Assembly: GCA_035576145.1 (NCBI GenBank)
Contig: DATLWV010000108.1
Span: 1 to 24,000 of the forward strand
Source: Terriglobia bacterium
GTDB lineage: Bacteria > Acidobacteriota > Terriglobia > UBA7540
DNA: 24,000 nt
Direction: 5' to 3'
Each line of letters begins with the position of its first letter. Within the stretch, counting starts at the first letter, position 1. Shown here piece after piece: positions 22,898-24,000 of this stretch. Position numbers and translations under genes: made by a program. Under the pieces are notes generated by a model that worked only from the letters and a program-made list of their open reading frames with translations, had not been told where the DNA came from and did no database searches.

Positions 22898-24000
22898 ATG
22901 GCCAGAGTATACGATGTGGTGGTTGTGGGGTCAGGAGCCGCCGGAGGCATGGCGGCCACGCAATTGTGTTTGAAAGGCTTGAAGGTTCTCCTGCTGGAGC
23001 GCGGACCGAAATTCAATATCGCAACGGATTTCGAGCATCACAGGAAACCCTATAACTTTCCGTTCCGGGGCCGCATCCGGCCGTCGGAGCGCTCCATCTA
23101 TAACTACACAGCGAACGAGTGGAACAAGAAGCATTTTGTGAATGAGATTGAAAATCCCTACACGGGCAAAAAGTTTGTGTGGGTGCGGGCGCAGGCGGTG
23201 GGGGGCAAGACGCTTCACTGGGGGCTGGTTTCATTGCGCTTCAGCCCGCGGGATTTTAAGGCAGCCAGTCACGACGGCGTGGGCTCCGACTGGCCCATCT
23301 CCTACGAAGACGTCGAACCTTACTACAGCAAGGTTGAAGACTGGATCGGTGTTTGCGGACACATAGATCGCCTGGAGAACAATCCGGATAGCCACTTTCT
23401 CCCGCCCGTCCCGCTGACCTGCGCGGAAAACATTTTCAAAGGACAGATCGAAAGCAAATTTGCAGACCGGCACGTCATTCAGGGCCGTTCGGCGACCGTG
23501 ACGAAGCCGGGTTTCCATGGACGCGCCCCGTGCCACTATTGCGGCCACTGCGGGCGCGTTTGCAATGTTTCGGCCTCGTTCAGTTCGGCAGGAGTGCTGC
23601 TCCCGATTGCCGAAAAGACCGGCAACCTGACCATGCGCACCAATGCTGTGGTGTGGAAGGTAACGGCCGACAGGGAAAACCGTGCGAAGAGCGTCGTTTT
23701 TATCGACCGCATCACGCGGCAGGTGGAAGAGGTTTACGGCAAGGTGATTGTGATGGGCGCGGGAACGCTTGACACCACACGCATCCTGCTGAATTCCCGG
23801 AGCGACGATCATCCGGACGGCCTGGGCAACTCCAGCGGCGTGCTGGGCAAATATTTCTGCGAGCAGATCATGGCGGGCGGTGTCACCGGACTTATTCCCC
23901 GGTTGAAGGGAAACCCCAATCGCGGCGGCGACGCGCATCCGGAGGGCGGAGGAATCTATATCCCGCGCTTCCGAAACCTGAAAGAAAAGCGAAAAGACTT
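22898..24000 (+). CDS. GMC-family FAD-dependent oxidoreductase (5' partial, runs off the window)
   Basis: Not in the ORF track because there is no stop within the window. My translation from the ATG at 22898 (GGGGAGG 7 nt upstream) stays open to 24000. MARVYDVVVVGSGAAGGMAA (GxGxxG FAD fold), LLLERG, VGGKTLHWG, WPISYEDVEPYY, CHYCGHCGRVC, VIVMGAGTLDTTRILLNS. No signal peptide. Confidence 0.85.
   Translation, partial: MARVYDVVVVGSGAAGGMAATQLCLKGLKVLLLERGPKFNIATDFEHHRKPYNFPFRGRIRPSERSIYNYTANEWNKKHFVNEIENPYTGKKFVWVRAQAVGGKTLHWGLVSLRFSPRDFKAASHDGVGSDWPISYEDVEPYYSKVEDWIGVCGHIDRLENNPDSHFLPPVPLTCAENIFKGQIESKFADRHVIQGRSATVTKPGFHGRAPCHYCGHCGRVCNVSASFSSAGVLLPIAEKTGNLTMRTNAVVWKVTADRENRAKSVVFIDRITRQVEEVYGKVIVMGAGTLDTTRILLNSRSDDHPDGLGNSSGVLGKYFCEQIMAGGVTGLIPRLKGNPNRGGDAHPEGGGIYIPRFRNLKEKRKD

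Noticed and set aside
22585-23055. 156-aa plus-strand ORF bridging the Tat-protein and GMC genes
   Set aside because: It is out of frame with both supported genes and is Arg/Gly-rich without motifs. I considered it only as a possible frameshift continuation and found it unconvincing.
23231-23938. 235-aa minus-strand ORF in the track
   Set aside because: It lies entirely antisense to the GMC oxidoreductase reading frame, which has strong family motifs. Its composition is Arg/Ala-rich and low-complexity, typical of shadow ORFs in GC-rich DNA.
1-24000. Search for tRNA, rRNA, CRISPR arrays, IS elements or integrases, toxin-antitoxin or defence genes
   Set aside because: I saw no cloverleaf-like or rRNA-like segments, no regularly spaced direct repeats, no transposase or integrase ORFs and no terminal inverted repeats. 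The window looks like core or accessory metabolic chromosome, not a mobile or defence island.

Overview
GC-rich bacterial chromosomal segment. The gene content suggests Acidobacteriota; this is an inference from the tandem acidobacterial-type VWA proteins and a giant TonB-dependent receptor with a carboxypeptidase-regulatory-like N-terminus. I support 21 protein-coding genes, one of which (a GMC oxidoreductase, 22898-24000) is missing from the ORF track because it runs off the window. I recognised no rRNA, tRNA, CRISPR array or mobile element. Layout: (1) two overlapping paralogous VWA genes on the minus strand. (2) A housekeeping block, pyrG-kdsA, then kdsD and kdsC (three of the four Kdo-pathway genes), interrupted by a CHASE3-HAMP-GAF-GGDEF diguanylate cyclase, a cupin and a YdeI-family gene. 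(3) A divergent carbohydrate-type locus with no regulator gene in the window: PfkB kinase-SDR-cyclase-family hydrolase on the minus strand, and Gfo/Idh/MocA, then SIS-PfkB kinase-amidohydrolase-YjbQ on the plus strand. (4) A long AT-rich regulatory region, a 1166-aa TonB-dependent receptor with a clear terminator, then a tightly packed TIM-barrel / Tat-signal protein / signal-less GMC flavoprotein trio. The best candidates for undescribed biology are the SIS-kinase-amidohydrolase-YjbQ locus (possibly amino-sugar or ketoamine catabolism by non-canonical enzymes) and the receptor-linked TIM-barrel/Tat/GMC module (possibly periplasmic oxidative glycoside processing, with the flavoprotein exported by Tat hitchhiking). 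Both functional assignments are inference from family-level motifs read by eye. No database search was possible.
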